Virus record (IMG/VR): IMGVR_UViG_3300035670_000182
DNA length: 64,000 nt
Reading direction: 5' to 3' (one strand)
From: a virus
The notes under the pieces were generated by a model. It was not told where the DNA came from. It searched no databases and saw only the letters and a list, made by a program, of their open reading frames with translations. The position numbers and the translations under genes were made by a program. Of this stretch, positions 56,650 to 64,000 are shown one piece after another (position 1 is the stretch's first letter; the number at the start of each line of letters is the position of its first letter).

Positions 56650-56916
56650 TTAGTGGACACTCTCGGTCGGCGCCTCATCCAGCTTCAGCCGCACCAAGTT
56701 AAGCGTCTCGCGTAGGCTTGCGATCACTCGATCATCAACCTCGTGACCACCGGCGTCGAGTAGTTGGCAGAACAGCCAGCCCGCCGCGCCAAGAAAGCAA
56801 GCGTCTTCGATGCGCTCGACACCTGTTGCGGCGTGCTTCTCTGCCACCTTAAATAGCGCTTCGCTCATAGCCTCGCGCATGTCCACCATGATTTTGTATT
56901 GGTCTTTGATACTCAT
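56650..56916 (-). CDS. hypothetical protein
   Basis: 88-aa ORF. Confidence 0.35.
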   Translation of the reverse strand: MSIKDQYKIMVDMREAMSEALFKVAEKHAATGVERIEDACFLGAAGWLFCQLLDAGGHEVDDRVIASLRETLNLVRLKLDEAPTESVH

Positions 56917-57461
56917 TTGTTTTCTCCTTTGTTAAACATCCAATCGCGCACCTCGAATGTAGGCACACGCACGCCGTTGACAGACGGCTCCAATATCAGC
57001 GACACCTCCGACACCTGCGGCCCTTCGAAGAACAGCACCTGCGTATCACGCCCAAAGTAGATCGAGTGAATCTCGTCGTGCTTCATGCTGTACCACTCGC
57101 CTTGCGTGTGCATGTTGTCTTGATAGCCCCACTCAGTCTCGCCCACAATCTTCACATCGGGGTACTCGCCTATCTTTGTGAACTTATGTGCGCTCACGAA
57201 GTAATTGTCACGCGAACCAGCAACGCAGTGTTGCGCGGGTAGCCATATGCGCTGGCGCACGCTCCCCTTCAAAACCAAGCAGGTGAAGTCAAAGCGATGA
57301 CTGTGCGGCGTGATGCTGTGTTGTTGCGCTCGATCATGCGTGAACATGCGAACCTTGCCGTTAGTCAGCAGGTGGCTTGTCAGACCGGGGATGATGTAGT
57401 TATGCAACTCGCTTGCTTTCATGCTGTTGATAACGCTGATGGATTCCTCAGGAATTTTCAT
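56913..57461 (-). CDS. cupin-like protein (tentative)
   Basis: 182 aa. PHSHRFDFTCLVLKG resembles cupin motif 1. Adjacent to the amidoligase/GATase pair. Confidence 0.35.
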   Translation of the reverse strand: MKIPEESISVINSMKASELHNYIIPGLTSHLLTNGKVRMFTHDRAQQHSITPHSHRFDFTCLVLKGSVRQRIWLPAQHCVAGSRDNYFVSAHKFTKIGEYPDVKIVGETEWGYQDNMHTQGEWYSMKHDEIHSIYFGRDTQVLFFEGPQVSEVSLILEPSVNGVRVPTFEVRDWMFNKGENK

Positions 57462-57756
57462 TTAGTTTCTCCTTCTTACATTTGTACACTCTATACCAGT
57501 CGCCGGGGAACCCGAACAAAGCCTGCATTACGCTTGACTTAACTGGAACGAACCCGCCATAGTATTTGCGGCGGCCAAACCCGTAGCGTTTGCGGGTGCG
57601 TTGGTGGAACCAGTGAGTCAGCACCTTGTTGTCCTCTGACGCCCACTCAGGGAAGCGCACTTGTATGCGCTTGTACTTGGTGGCTATGACTTCACCTAGC
57701 ACACGCCGTCCCCATTTGCCGTCATAGCAGACATAGCATTTATCTCCGCGTTTCAT
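57448..57756 (-). CDS. hypothetical basic protein
   Basis: 102-aa ORF directly downstream of the terminator/repeat element. Confidence 0.35.
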   Translation of the reverse strand: MKRGDKCYVCYDGKWGRRVLGEVIATKYKRIQVRFPEWASEDNKVLTHWFHQRTRKRYGFGRRKYYGGFVPVKSSVMQALFGFPGDWYRVYKCKKEKLNENS

Positions 57757-57778
57757 TTTGTTTCTCCAAAAAATAAAA

Positions 57779-57824
57779 GGGGGTCACCTGACCCCCTACA
57801 AATGACACCCGTCAAAGAGCGCCA
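57779..57824 (-). terminator. palindromic repeat element copy 1 (GGGGGTCACCTGACCCCC + TGACACCCGTCAA) acting as terminator
   Basis: On the minus transcript: stop codon, GACGGGTGTCA, hairpin GGGGGUCAGGUGACCCCC, then UUUUAUUUUUU. Confidence 0.55.
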
Positions 57825-59056
57825 GCGTTGGCTACGAACGCCTCAGCTTCAGCGCGCGCGTCAGCCTCGTCCTCCACGATGCCATCGTCATCACCGTCAG
57901 AGCCGTCACCCACGGGGTCTTGCTCGCCCTCATCGACCAGCTCGTACCAGTAGCAGTAGTAGCAGAACACCTCAGCCATTACGCTTGCACTCTTGCCCTC
58001 GTGGATGAAGTCGTGCATCGCCGCCACATCACCGTCAATAGCCGCTTGAAAGATCTCGGCCTCGAAGCCTGTCATGTCTTCGGCTTTTGCGTGTGCTGGT
58101 GTTGCAAGGTAATACTTGAAGATAGTGTTGATAGTTGTGATAGGGAATGTGCTAAGGCAAGCAGTGAGTGATTCCACATCTGCATCAAGAAGATACTCGA
58201 GCAGAGCGCCCGCCTCAGCCGCATTGCACGCCACATCAGCGTCAACGCCATCAATCACCTCGCCCTTGGCCTCGATCACACCGTCCTCGTTAGCATCGGC
58301 ATGGTGCGCGCTCTTGGCATACGACAGCGCGGCTTGTGGGTGTTGCGACTTGCCAGTCACATCGTAGTCTTTGAAGCCGTAGTAGTCGTTCTCGTCGTCC
58401 CAGCCACCCATACCCATGTGGCCACCGAAAGCCCATGACTTGTGCTTGCGGCCATACTTGTTGGAATAGTAGTGAGGGATGAGTTTGCTAGGCGACCATG
58501 CATAGGTATTGCTGAACCACATGCCGTCATGCTCGATGCCTTGGTCGTGATTGACATGGGACATGCGACCGGCACCATCCATGAACACAAAGCGATTGTC
58601 ACCGATGAACTCAGCGACCATCGTGAGATAGCCTGTGTCGTGAATCAACTCAGGATACTTGTGCACAGAGTCAGACAAGTAGTCGTTGATGAAGTGGAAT
58701 GTGTCGCTACGCGCCTTGTCTGCATCGTTGCCTGTGTGCAAGACACCGTTGTGCATCATGGCGATATAGCCGGGCACCACATCATATGGGTGACAGTTGT
58801 CGAGGTTAGTGTGACCGTGTGTAGTCCAGCGGAAGTGAATAGCCACATCACGATCATCCGTGGGCATGCGCTGAATCATGTTAGTCGCTTCACCGAGGTT
58901 GCGAGGCAGAGACTTGACGACCTTCAACCCCTTGGCTGTGCCATACATGATGCCGATGCCATCGGGGTTTGAGTCGAAGATGTCTGCAAGCAGAGCGTGA
59001 GTGTTGAGCAAAGTAGAACGAACTTTTGCGGCGTTGCCAGTAATGATGAGACACAT
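57812..59056 (-). CDS. class-II glutamine amidotransferase (Ntn-hydrolase) domain protein
   Basis: Begins MCLIITG, Cys at position 2 as the Ntn nucleophile. HFRWTTHG and MHNGVLHTGN match the GATase-II R..T.G and HNG motifs. Acidic C-terminal tail. Confidence 0.6.
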   Translation of the reverse strand: MCLIITGNAAKVRSTLLNTHALLADIFDSNPDGIGIMYGTAKGLKVVKSLPRNLGEATNMIQRMPTDDRDVAIHFRWTTHGHTNLDNCHPYDVVPGYIAMMHNGVLHTGNDADKARSDTFHFINDYLSDSVHKYPELIHDTGYLTMVAEFIGDNRFVFMDGAGRMSHVNHDQGIEHDGMWFSNTYAWSPSKLIPHYYSNKYGRKHKSWAFGGHMGMGGWDDENDYYGFKDYDVTGKSQHPQAALSYAKSAHHADANEDGVIEAKGEVIDGVDADVACNAAEAGALLEYLLDADVESLTACLSTFPITTINTIFKYYLATPAHAKAEDMTGFEAEIFQAAIDGDVAAMHDFIHEGKSASVMAEVFCYYCYWYELVDEGEQDPVGDGSDGDDDGIVEDEADARAEAEAFVANAGAL

Positions 59057-59270
59057 AGTAAATACTCCTGATTAAATGAATGAAGGGTTGGTTGATGAGA
59101 AAACAATTTCACGGCGCAGTTGACGCGCCATGTTGGTGGCCTCCGCATGGCCACGCGGGTCGCCGCGCTGGGCGCATCGTGTAGCTTCGGCAAGGGCCGC
59201 TCGGTAGCGCTCGTGCAGAGACGCCCCTGTGGGTCGAGGTGGGGGTTGGAATTCCTCGCGTATACGCCGG

Positions 59271-61214
59271 TCAAAGACGCCCCCTTGCGCGGGCCACATC
59301 GCGCGGTTCGGCAGTCACGGCCTCGGGTGCAGGTGTTGCATCAGGGCATGAGTCTTGAACCGGTGGGACAACAGGCTTGGCGGCTTTCTTGCGGCGCACG
59401 CCATACCAGTCAGACAAGTGAGGGTAGACATTCTGCGTAGTAGATAGCCACGCCACGAACGAATCGCCGTTGAGGTTGCGCCACGATGCAACACGACAGA
59501 ACATAACGACAGCGTGTGTGAACTCCATCTGTGCAAGTAGTCGCGCCTTGTTAAGCGTTGCGCGGAAGATGCGAAGCTCGACTGTGTTGTATCGACCATA
59601 TGTCTCAGGCAGACCGAGACGCTTGCACTCACGAGCACTGAGGTTCTGTGTGTTGATGATGCGATAGCGCTCAGTCGATTTGCCTTTGACTGCTGTGCTT
59701 GGATTAACAAGGATGTGTTGTTGCTCAGCGGCACAATACTCACGCGCTTGGTTGTCGTGCAGTGGATGACGGCCAGCGATCTTGCGAATGAAGTCAGCGT
59801 TTGAATCGGCGTTGAAGAACATAAAGAACTTGCCGAGAGTCATACGCGAGAAGCCACGCGAGTCGATGTGAATGTGCATGCCGCACTTCTTGGCGTCCCA
59901 TGCACGATAGCCACTAGGAACATCCCACGCTTTGAACTGCTTGATGTGGTGGTCTAGCTTGCGTGGTGCAGTAACGATCTCGATGCCGTCATCGGGCAAT
60001 GAACCGTCATACTTACACACAACATAGTCTTCACCAAGGGATGAGCGAATACCCTCGACTGCTTGACGCTGGCTACGGTCACCGATGCCGATCTCCAACT
60101 CGATACCCATGAGCAACTCGCCGTATGGTGAGGGCGTGAACGAAGTGTCTTTGTTGAGGTGGTTGAGCACATTGGTGGAGTAGTCCATCATGCTGTTAGC
60201 GTCTTCGCCGTCGTCCTCTGGCTCAGGCTCAGGCTCAGGCGTCAAGTGATACTCCTGATCGCTATCCCAGTAGTACACATTGTCACAGTGGTACATCTCG
60301 TCATCATCTACGCACCGCACTGCATACTCGTCGTAACACTCCTCGCAGTACGAAGTGTCTTGAATATGGTGCACATTGGCAGAGTGCTCGAAGTGGCCGC
60401 AATCAGGCCGCATGACTTGCAAGCGTATGTTGAACTTACGGCGCAGATGGTCTCTAACTTTCTCGAATGTGTCCACATGCGTTAAACTGCGTCCGCTAAA
60501 GTTCTCAAGGATGAATGTATCAAGGTACTCTGTAGACTCAGACGCGATGCACTGGCGTACCTGCTCACCAAGCAGCTTCATTGTTTTGCGTATTTGCTTG
60601 AACCGAGACAAGTCGCTGCCGTAGGCAAGATCGGAGTAATCTTGCCCCTTGTATGAGATAACACCGGCCATTCGCGAGGCCCCGATGCGTCTGGCACCTC
60701 CGTAGTTAGCGCGGTTGTACAAAAGCTCAGAGGCGCGGCCTAGTATTTTGATTGTGGTACCAGACATGCCTTCGCAGGGGCGATTGGCCATGCCGCTGAG
60801 CAACTCGTGCATACTGATTGCTTGCTCTTTGATGTAGCGCTCGATAGCGAACTCACGAATCATTGGCTTACGGCGCACGCGCTGTACAGGCTCGTGCCAC
60901 TCTCTACGAAACTCATAGCTAAAGTAAGGCCTGTCGTTGTATGACTCACAAGCGCTTTGGATTTTGTTGATGTAGTCATCAACGCTATTGGCCACAAGCA
61001 CACCGCGAGCCTCTGCGGTCATATCCATACGACCGTTCACGCCCATGTTGCTATTGCGATGCATTGCGTAGTAGAACTTGCCGATGTTGAGCACCGCGAT
61101 GCGGTTGTGCGTTGATATGAGACGATCGACACCCTCGCCGCCCTCGAGGTCAAAGACTTGGTTGTATTGTGTCCCTGTCTCAGGTGTGATGAAGTTTACA
61201 AAGTAAATACGCAT
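59271..61214 (-). CDS. amidoligase (glutamine-synthetase-like, Amidoligase_2) with N-terminal Cys/His-rich domain
   Basis: C-terminal half carries GIELEIGIG, DGSLPDDGIEIVTAP, CGMHIHID and NTVELRIF, matching the Amidoligase_2 motif series (from memory). N-terminal half has a Cys/His cluster. Acidic PEPEPEPEDDGED linker. Confidence 0.6.
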   Translation of the reverse strand: MRIYFVNFITPETGTQYNQVFDLEGGEGVDRLISTHNRIAVLNIGKFYYAMHRNSNMGVNGRMDMTAEARGVLVANSVDDYINKIQSACESYNDRPYFSYEFRREWHEPVQRVRRKPMIREFAIERYIKEQAISMHELLSGMANRPCEGMSGTTIKILGRASELLYNRANYGGARRIGASRMAGVISYKGQDYSDLAYGSDLSRFKQIRKTMKLLGEQVRQCIASESTEYLDTFILENFSGRSLTHVDTFEKVRDHLRRKFNIRLQVMRPDCGHFEHSANVHHIQDTSYCEECYDEYAVRCVDDDEMYHCDNVYYWDSDQEYHLTPEPEPEPEDDGEDANSMMDYSTNVLNHLNKDTSFTPSPYGELLMGIELEIGIGDRSQRQAVEGIRSSLGEDYVVCKYDGSLPDDGIEIVTAPRKLDHHIKQFKAWDVPSGYRAWDAKKCGMHIHIDSRGFSRMTLGKFFMFFNADSNADFIRKIAGRHPLHDNQAREYCAAEQQHILVNPSTAVKGKSTERYRIINTQNLSARECKRLGLPETYGRYNTVELRIFRATLNKARLLAQMEFTHAVVMFCRVASWRNLNGDSFVAWLSTTQNVYPHLSDWYGVRRKKAAKPVVPPVQDSCPDATPAPEAVTAEPRDVARARGRL

Positions 61215-61249
61215 TTCATTTCTCCAGTTAAAACGGTGACTTTAGGATT

Positions 61250-61320
61250 GGGGGTCACCTGACCCCGTTGCGTGGGAGAGTCCCCCCACATACAAAAAGA
61301 GCTGACACCCGTCAAGATGC
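61250..61320 (-). repeat. palindromic repeat element copy 2
   Basis: GGGGGTCACCTGACCCC plus TGACACCCGTCAA overlapping the stop of 61312..61659. A GAGCTG...CAGCTC stem followed by TTTTTG on the minus strand. Confidence 0.5.
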
Positions 61321-61659
61321 CAGCTCCTCAGGTATTTCGATGTTGTCGCCTAGCTTTGATGCAACGAAGCACCGCATGGCGGCGATGAGTGGTGTTGTGC
61401 CTGTTATTGGTTTGCCCGGGCCAAAACGAATAGCCACCCAATCGGCACTTCTTGGCAGAATCTGAATTTTCTCCCTCTCAATGATCGGCCCGCCTTGCGC
61501 CCAGTTGGTTGATGGGCTATACACCCAAGACAAGTCACCTCTCTCCTCCATGACGGTGTTCTTGTGGTCGATGTAGTAATCAAATTCCGGCTCGCCTTCT
61601 TGATTCGCGCGGGCCACCGCCCAGTCAAGTGCGGCGCCTGTCAGTTCATTTGTTTTCAT
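61312..61659 (-). CDS. NinX-like (DUF2591) protein
   Basis: MKTNELTGAALDWAVARA... N-terminus as in NinX/DUF2591 phage proteins (from memory). Confidence 0.4.
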   Translation of the reverse strand: MKTNELTGAALDWAVARANQEGEPEFDYYIDHKNTVMEERGDLSWVYSPSTNWAQGGPIIEREKIQILPRSADWVAIRFGPGKPITGTTPLIAAMRCFVASKLGDNIEIPEELAS

Positions 61660-61988
61660 ACGGTCAACTCCTTATCGGTTGTAGTTTCTTCGGGTTCATC
61701 TAGGCGCGGGATGGGTCGCAGGCAGTCGTCAGCGAAGGGGCGCGCTTTGAACAGCCGGACTTCTTTGGTTCCAGCGGCTGTCCATGCGAGAGGTGCCCCG
61801 TGACTGCGTATGACCCACACAAAGGCGCCCCTAAATGCATCCTCGTGTAGTCGCCACGCTGGACGGCCTTCTATGGGAAAAAATTCATCTCCGACTACAT
61901 AAGGGCGCACCACTTCTACGATCTTGCCTATGTTTTCGGGCAGGGTAGCCCGCACGATGATTGCCAAGTCGCCTTGCTTGCAGTTCAT
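61656..61988 (-). CDS. hypothetical protein
   Basis: 110-aa ORF, ATGA-coupled. Confidence 0.35.
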   Translation of the reverse strand: MNCKQGDLAIIVRATLPENIGKIVEVVRPYVVGDEFFPIEGRPAWRLHEDAFRGAFVWVIRSHGAPLAWTAAGTKEVRLFKARPFADDCLRPIPRLDEPEETTTDKELTV

Positions 61989-62159
61989 ACACCTTCTCCT
62001 TTGCTAACAGTCCATCCGAACTTGCGGTAGTACTTGATCTCTGTCTCGAAAGCGTGGTTGTAGTCGGCGTCACCTTTCTTATATCCATACGCTTGCAAGT
62101 TGGCTTCGACTCGCCGCACTAGCGGCATCTGTTCTTTGAGTAGTTCATGTGCGGTCATT
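61983..62159 (-). CDS. small hypothetical protein (58 aa)
   Basis: SD GAGGAGAA. MTAHELLKEQMPLV... Not in the ORF track. Confidence 0.3.
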
Positions 62160-62191
62160 GCAGTTCTCCTCAGCGTGTCTGTGTGGTTTTC

Positions 62192-62311
62192 TCATTTCAT
62201 TTCCCCCTCGATGCGGTCTGCCGCCATGATGAGTAGCATCTTCAGTGCTATGTTGTCCGCGCTTTGCGCCGCTGTGCGTAGCGTTGCGGCTAGTTCTTTG
62301 TCTGTCATCAT
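62192..62311 (-). CDS. small hypothetical protein (39 aa)
   Basis: Start set at MMTDKE with SD AGGAGAAAG. The longer track ORF reads through the palindromic repeat and is unlikely. Confidence 0.25.
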   Translation of the reverse strand: MMTDKELAATLRTAAQSADNIALKMLLIMAADRIEGEMK

Positions 62312-62376
62312 GATCTTTCTCCTATCAGGCCAGTTGATAAAAGGTTTGCGTGTGGCCAAGTCCCGCAAACTTTGAA

Positions 62377-62428
62377 GGGGGTCACCTGACCCCCTTGACA
62401 CCCGTCAAAGAGCGCCCTCGCGCTCTTT
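62377..62428 (-). repeat. palindromic repeat element copy 3
   Basis: GGGGGTCACCTGACCCCC plus TGACACCCGTCAA overlapping the stop of 62405..63166, plus an AAGAGCGC..GCGCTCTT palindrome. Confidence 0.5.
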
Positions 62429-63166
62429 CCAATAGTTCGCTAAATAAAACCCACTCCATGTTGGAGGCAGGTCTGTGCCTTCCTCGGCCTCGCGTATCCA
62501 CGCAAGGGCTTGCTTTATCTTGGCTATGGTGCGTGTCGCTTTTTCCATGCGCTCGTCGCTATCGGCAAGTCGTGCCTTGTTGTATATGACACCGGCCATG
62601 ACCAACTCTTTCTCGGTGCGCTTGAGTAGGCGTGCGTGACGCTTTGCCCAGTCACTCTTTGGTATGGTGCGCTCGAAAGGCAGCTTGCGCTTAGCCCCTC
62701 GCTTATGGGGTATCGCATTGAATAGGTCGATCACCTCTTGCCGGTCGTCATCGTCTACCCAATCAGTCCAGTGCATGCCTTTGTTCTTAGCCTCTACCTC
62801 AAGCGCCAGCTTTGTAGGCGTCATGCCTTTGCGCCGCTTTGCCAGTGAAAGGTGAGAAATGAGGGTGGCGATAACCTCTCGATAGCGTGTGAGGGCGACG
62901 ATTCGGGGGTCACCTGACCCCGCTGGATATTTCAGCATGCGCTCGACCAGTCGCAACTCATACTTGGCAGGGTCTAAGATTTCTCGCCATGTTTTGTCGA
63001 GCTGAAACTTGGTGCCTCGTGCCACGCGTAGTGCGTGCCGCTGTGCTTCAACCACTTTGATGATGTGCTCTGCCGCTTCGGGGTGGCGGCGTAGCTTCTT
63101 GAAATGCTCACGAATCTGGTTGTCATTCATGTGCATGTAGTGCCGATACTGTAAACGCATAGTCAT
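62405..63166 (-). CDS. early protein, hypothetical (253 aa)
   Basis: First long ORF downstream of the AT-rich regulatory region. Contains an in-frame copy of the palindromic repeat at 62905-62921. Confidence 0.4.
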   Translation of the reverse strand: MTMRLQYRHYMHMNDNQIREHFKKLRRHPEAAEHIIKVVEAQRHALRVARGTKFQLDKTWREILDPAKYELRLVERMLKYPAGSGDPRIVALTRYREVIATLISHLSLAKRRKGMTPTKLALEVEAKNKGMHWTDWVDDDDRQEVIDLFNAIPHKRGAKRKLPFERTIPKSDWAKRHARLLKRTEKELVMAGVIYNKARLADSDERMEKATRTIAKIKQALAWIREAEEGTDLPPTWSGFYLANYWKEREGAL

Positions 63167-63169
63167 TTC

Positions 63170-63560
63170 TCACTTTCAAAAACAGGAATGGGACGATTTT
63201 ATATGAAGTATCCAATGATTTCTAGAAAAGGGCTACCAACACGGACACCTCGCAGGCCGCATGAAGCCTAGATAAAAAGGTCAACTGTCCGAAATTAATA
63301 TCTTTGTGCCGCAATGCAACAAGGCAAGCCACAAAAAACAAGAAAGAATAAAGACGCGAAAGAACACACATATATAAATACTCCCCCTTATATATATACA
63401 TAAATAAAAAGATATATTATTAGGACGATTCGCCAAAATTTCTAGGGTTCATGCGGGCTAGCAGGTGTCCGAGTTGGGGCACGCCCTGCGAAATCCACAC
63501 CTACCTAGAAAAACCGCGATTTAACCTTGTTTTGAAATGTGAGAAATCATTAGGGGGTCG
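63170..63560 (-). promoter_or_regulatory. AT-rich early regulatory region with CTAG-containing palindromes
   Basis: About 390 bp with no ORF. Strongly AT-rich blocks (63370-63420). TTTCTAGAAA palindrome (63222-63231). TTTCTAGG / CCTAGAAA inverted pair (63441-63448 / 63498-63505). GCTAGC (63463-63468). Several sigma70-like TTGACN/TATAAA hexamers on the minus strand. Confidence 0.45.
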
Positions 63561-63587
63561 CTTGACCCCCTTCGCCCTCACTTGAAC
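63553..63587 (-). repeat. palindromic repeat element copy 5 (GGGGGTCGCTTGACCCCC + TCACTTGAAC)
   Basis: Hairpin immediately 3' of gene 63578..63823. The TCACTTGAAC part encodes that gene's stop and last residues. Confidence 0.45.
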
Positions 63588-63823
63588 AGCTTGGTTTGCA
63601 CTGGTGCTTGCATGGATTCGAGCCACGCCTCGAATGCGGCTTCGCCTGTTAAGCATAGGCCACGGCTTGCGCCCTTGCGGTACACATTGACCATGAAGTA
63701 GTCTTTGTGCGCTTTGCCCAAGGGGTAGTAGTACATGATGTTGAACTCGCCGTGAATGGGTAGGCTGAGTGTGCCCATGTGCTTGATGCTTGGGGTGTTG
63801 GCAAGTGTTGAGAGGTTACGCAT
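63578..63823 (-). CDS. hypothetical early protein
   Basis: 81 aa from ATG 63823 with SD AGGAGA. The longer track ORF reads through the upstream hairpin. C-terminus ...TKLFK resembles that of the partial gene at the window edge. Confidence 0.4.
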   Translation of the reverse strand: MRNLSTLANTPSIKHMGTLSLPIHGEFNIMYYYPLGKAHKDYFMVNVYRKGASRGLCLTGEAAFEAWLESMQAPVQTKLFK

Positions 63824-63908
63824 GATTGATTCTCCTGAGAAATGATTGATAGACACGAAATGAAACAGCGGCCAGCCCTCGCAGGCAGAGCCGCCGCAAA
63901 TTTTCAAA

Positions 63909-63936
63909 GGGGTCAAGTGACCCCGTTCACTTGAAC
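63909..63936 (-). repeat. palindromic repeat element copy 6 (GGGGTCAAGTGACCCC + TCACTTGAAC)
   Basis: Same architecture as copy 5, directly 3' of the partial gene. Confidence 0.45.
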
Positions 63937-64000
63937 TGCACTGATGCGCGAAGCTGAGAAATCAGCGCATCGAACTCGGCTTTGGTCAAGCCAGCGTCAA
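63927..64000 (-). CDS. partial CDS (C-terminal end only; continues beyond window)
   Basis: Open frame to the window edge ending ...LRASVQFK-stop. The tail is paralogous to that of 63578..63823. Confidence 0.3.
   Translation of the reverse strand, partial: DAGLTKAEFDALISQLRASVQFK

Noticed and set aside
59057-59270. 75-aa Arg-rich ORF (59072..59299) between the GATase and amidoligase genes
   Set aside because: Overlaps the amidoligase 3' end in another frame. Very Arg/Pro-rich, with no SD or start context I could trust. The 214-bp gap is more likely a regulatory spacer.
62192-62401. Full-length 69-aa track ORF starting MSRGSGDPLQ
   Set aside because: Its first 30 codons are the read-through of the palindromic repeat element. 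A strong SD precedes the internal MMTDKE start, so the shorter gene is preferred.
63578-63916. 112-aa track ORF with TTG start running through the hairpin
   Set aside because: Its start lies inside the palindromic hairpin of the upstream gene. The internal ATG at 63823 has a proper SD.
1-64000. Searched for tRNAs, CRISPR arrays, integrase/att sites and a diversity-generating retroelement
   Set aside because: No cloverleaf-like sequences in intergenic regions. No arrays of short direct repeats with spacers. No tyrosine or serine recombinase motifs. No reverse transcriptase, despite Gly-rich fibre genes that might suggest a diversity-generating retroelement.

Overview
This window looks like most of a tailed dsDNA phage genome with a podovirus-like layout. 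Base composition is moderately GC-rich and fairly uniform. AT-richer patches coincide with two homing-endonuclease genes and with the distal ends of the tail-fibre genes. Both strands are tightly packed with genes, with frequent ATGA/TAATG start-stop overlaps and strong Shine-Dalgarno sites.

Plus strand (48-38502) is the late/structural module. In order it encodes:
- a possible small terminase subunit and the large terminase subunit;
- an HNH homing endonuclease, the portal, a scaffold and the major capsid protein, followed by a UUCG-tetraloop terminator;
- a GIY-YIG homing endonuclease;
- a cluster of small lysine-rich basic proteins;
- about ten glycine/threonine-rich fibre or collar proteins, including two tail fibres that share an N-terminal anchor domain;
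- a lysis cassette with a family-19 glycoside hydrolase (GH19) endolysin;
- tail and internal-virion proteins, ending in a 2533-aa giant protein that carries an HExxH motif.

Minus strand (63.9 kb down to 38643) is the early/replication module, converging on the plus-strand module at about 38.55 kb. It starts at an AT-rich, CTAG-palindrome-rich regulatory region and runs through many small ORFs. Recognisable genes along it are:
- an amidoligase plus a class-II glutamine amidotransferase pair;
- an SPFH lipoprotein with small membrane proteins;
- VRR-NUC and DUF3310 proteins;
- a family-A DNA polymerase;
- a Cas4-like nuclease, an HNH endonuclease and an SNF2 helicase;
- an SSB-like protein with acidic tandem repeats;
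- a lipoprotein, a Cro-like HTH regulator and a primase-polymerase/SF3 helicase.

A family of GGGGTCAnnTGACCCC palindromes, often followed by a TGACACCCGTCAA motif, sits at gene 3' ends in the early region. No tRNA, CRISPR array, integrase or phage RNA polymerase was found. A partial gene at the right edge shows the genome continues beyond the window.
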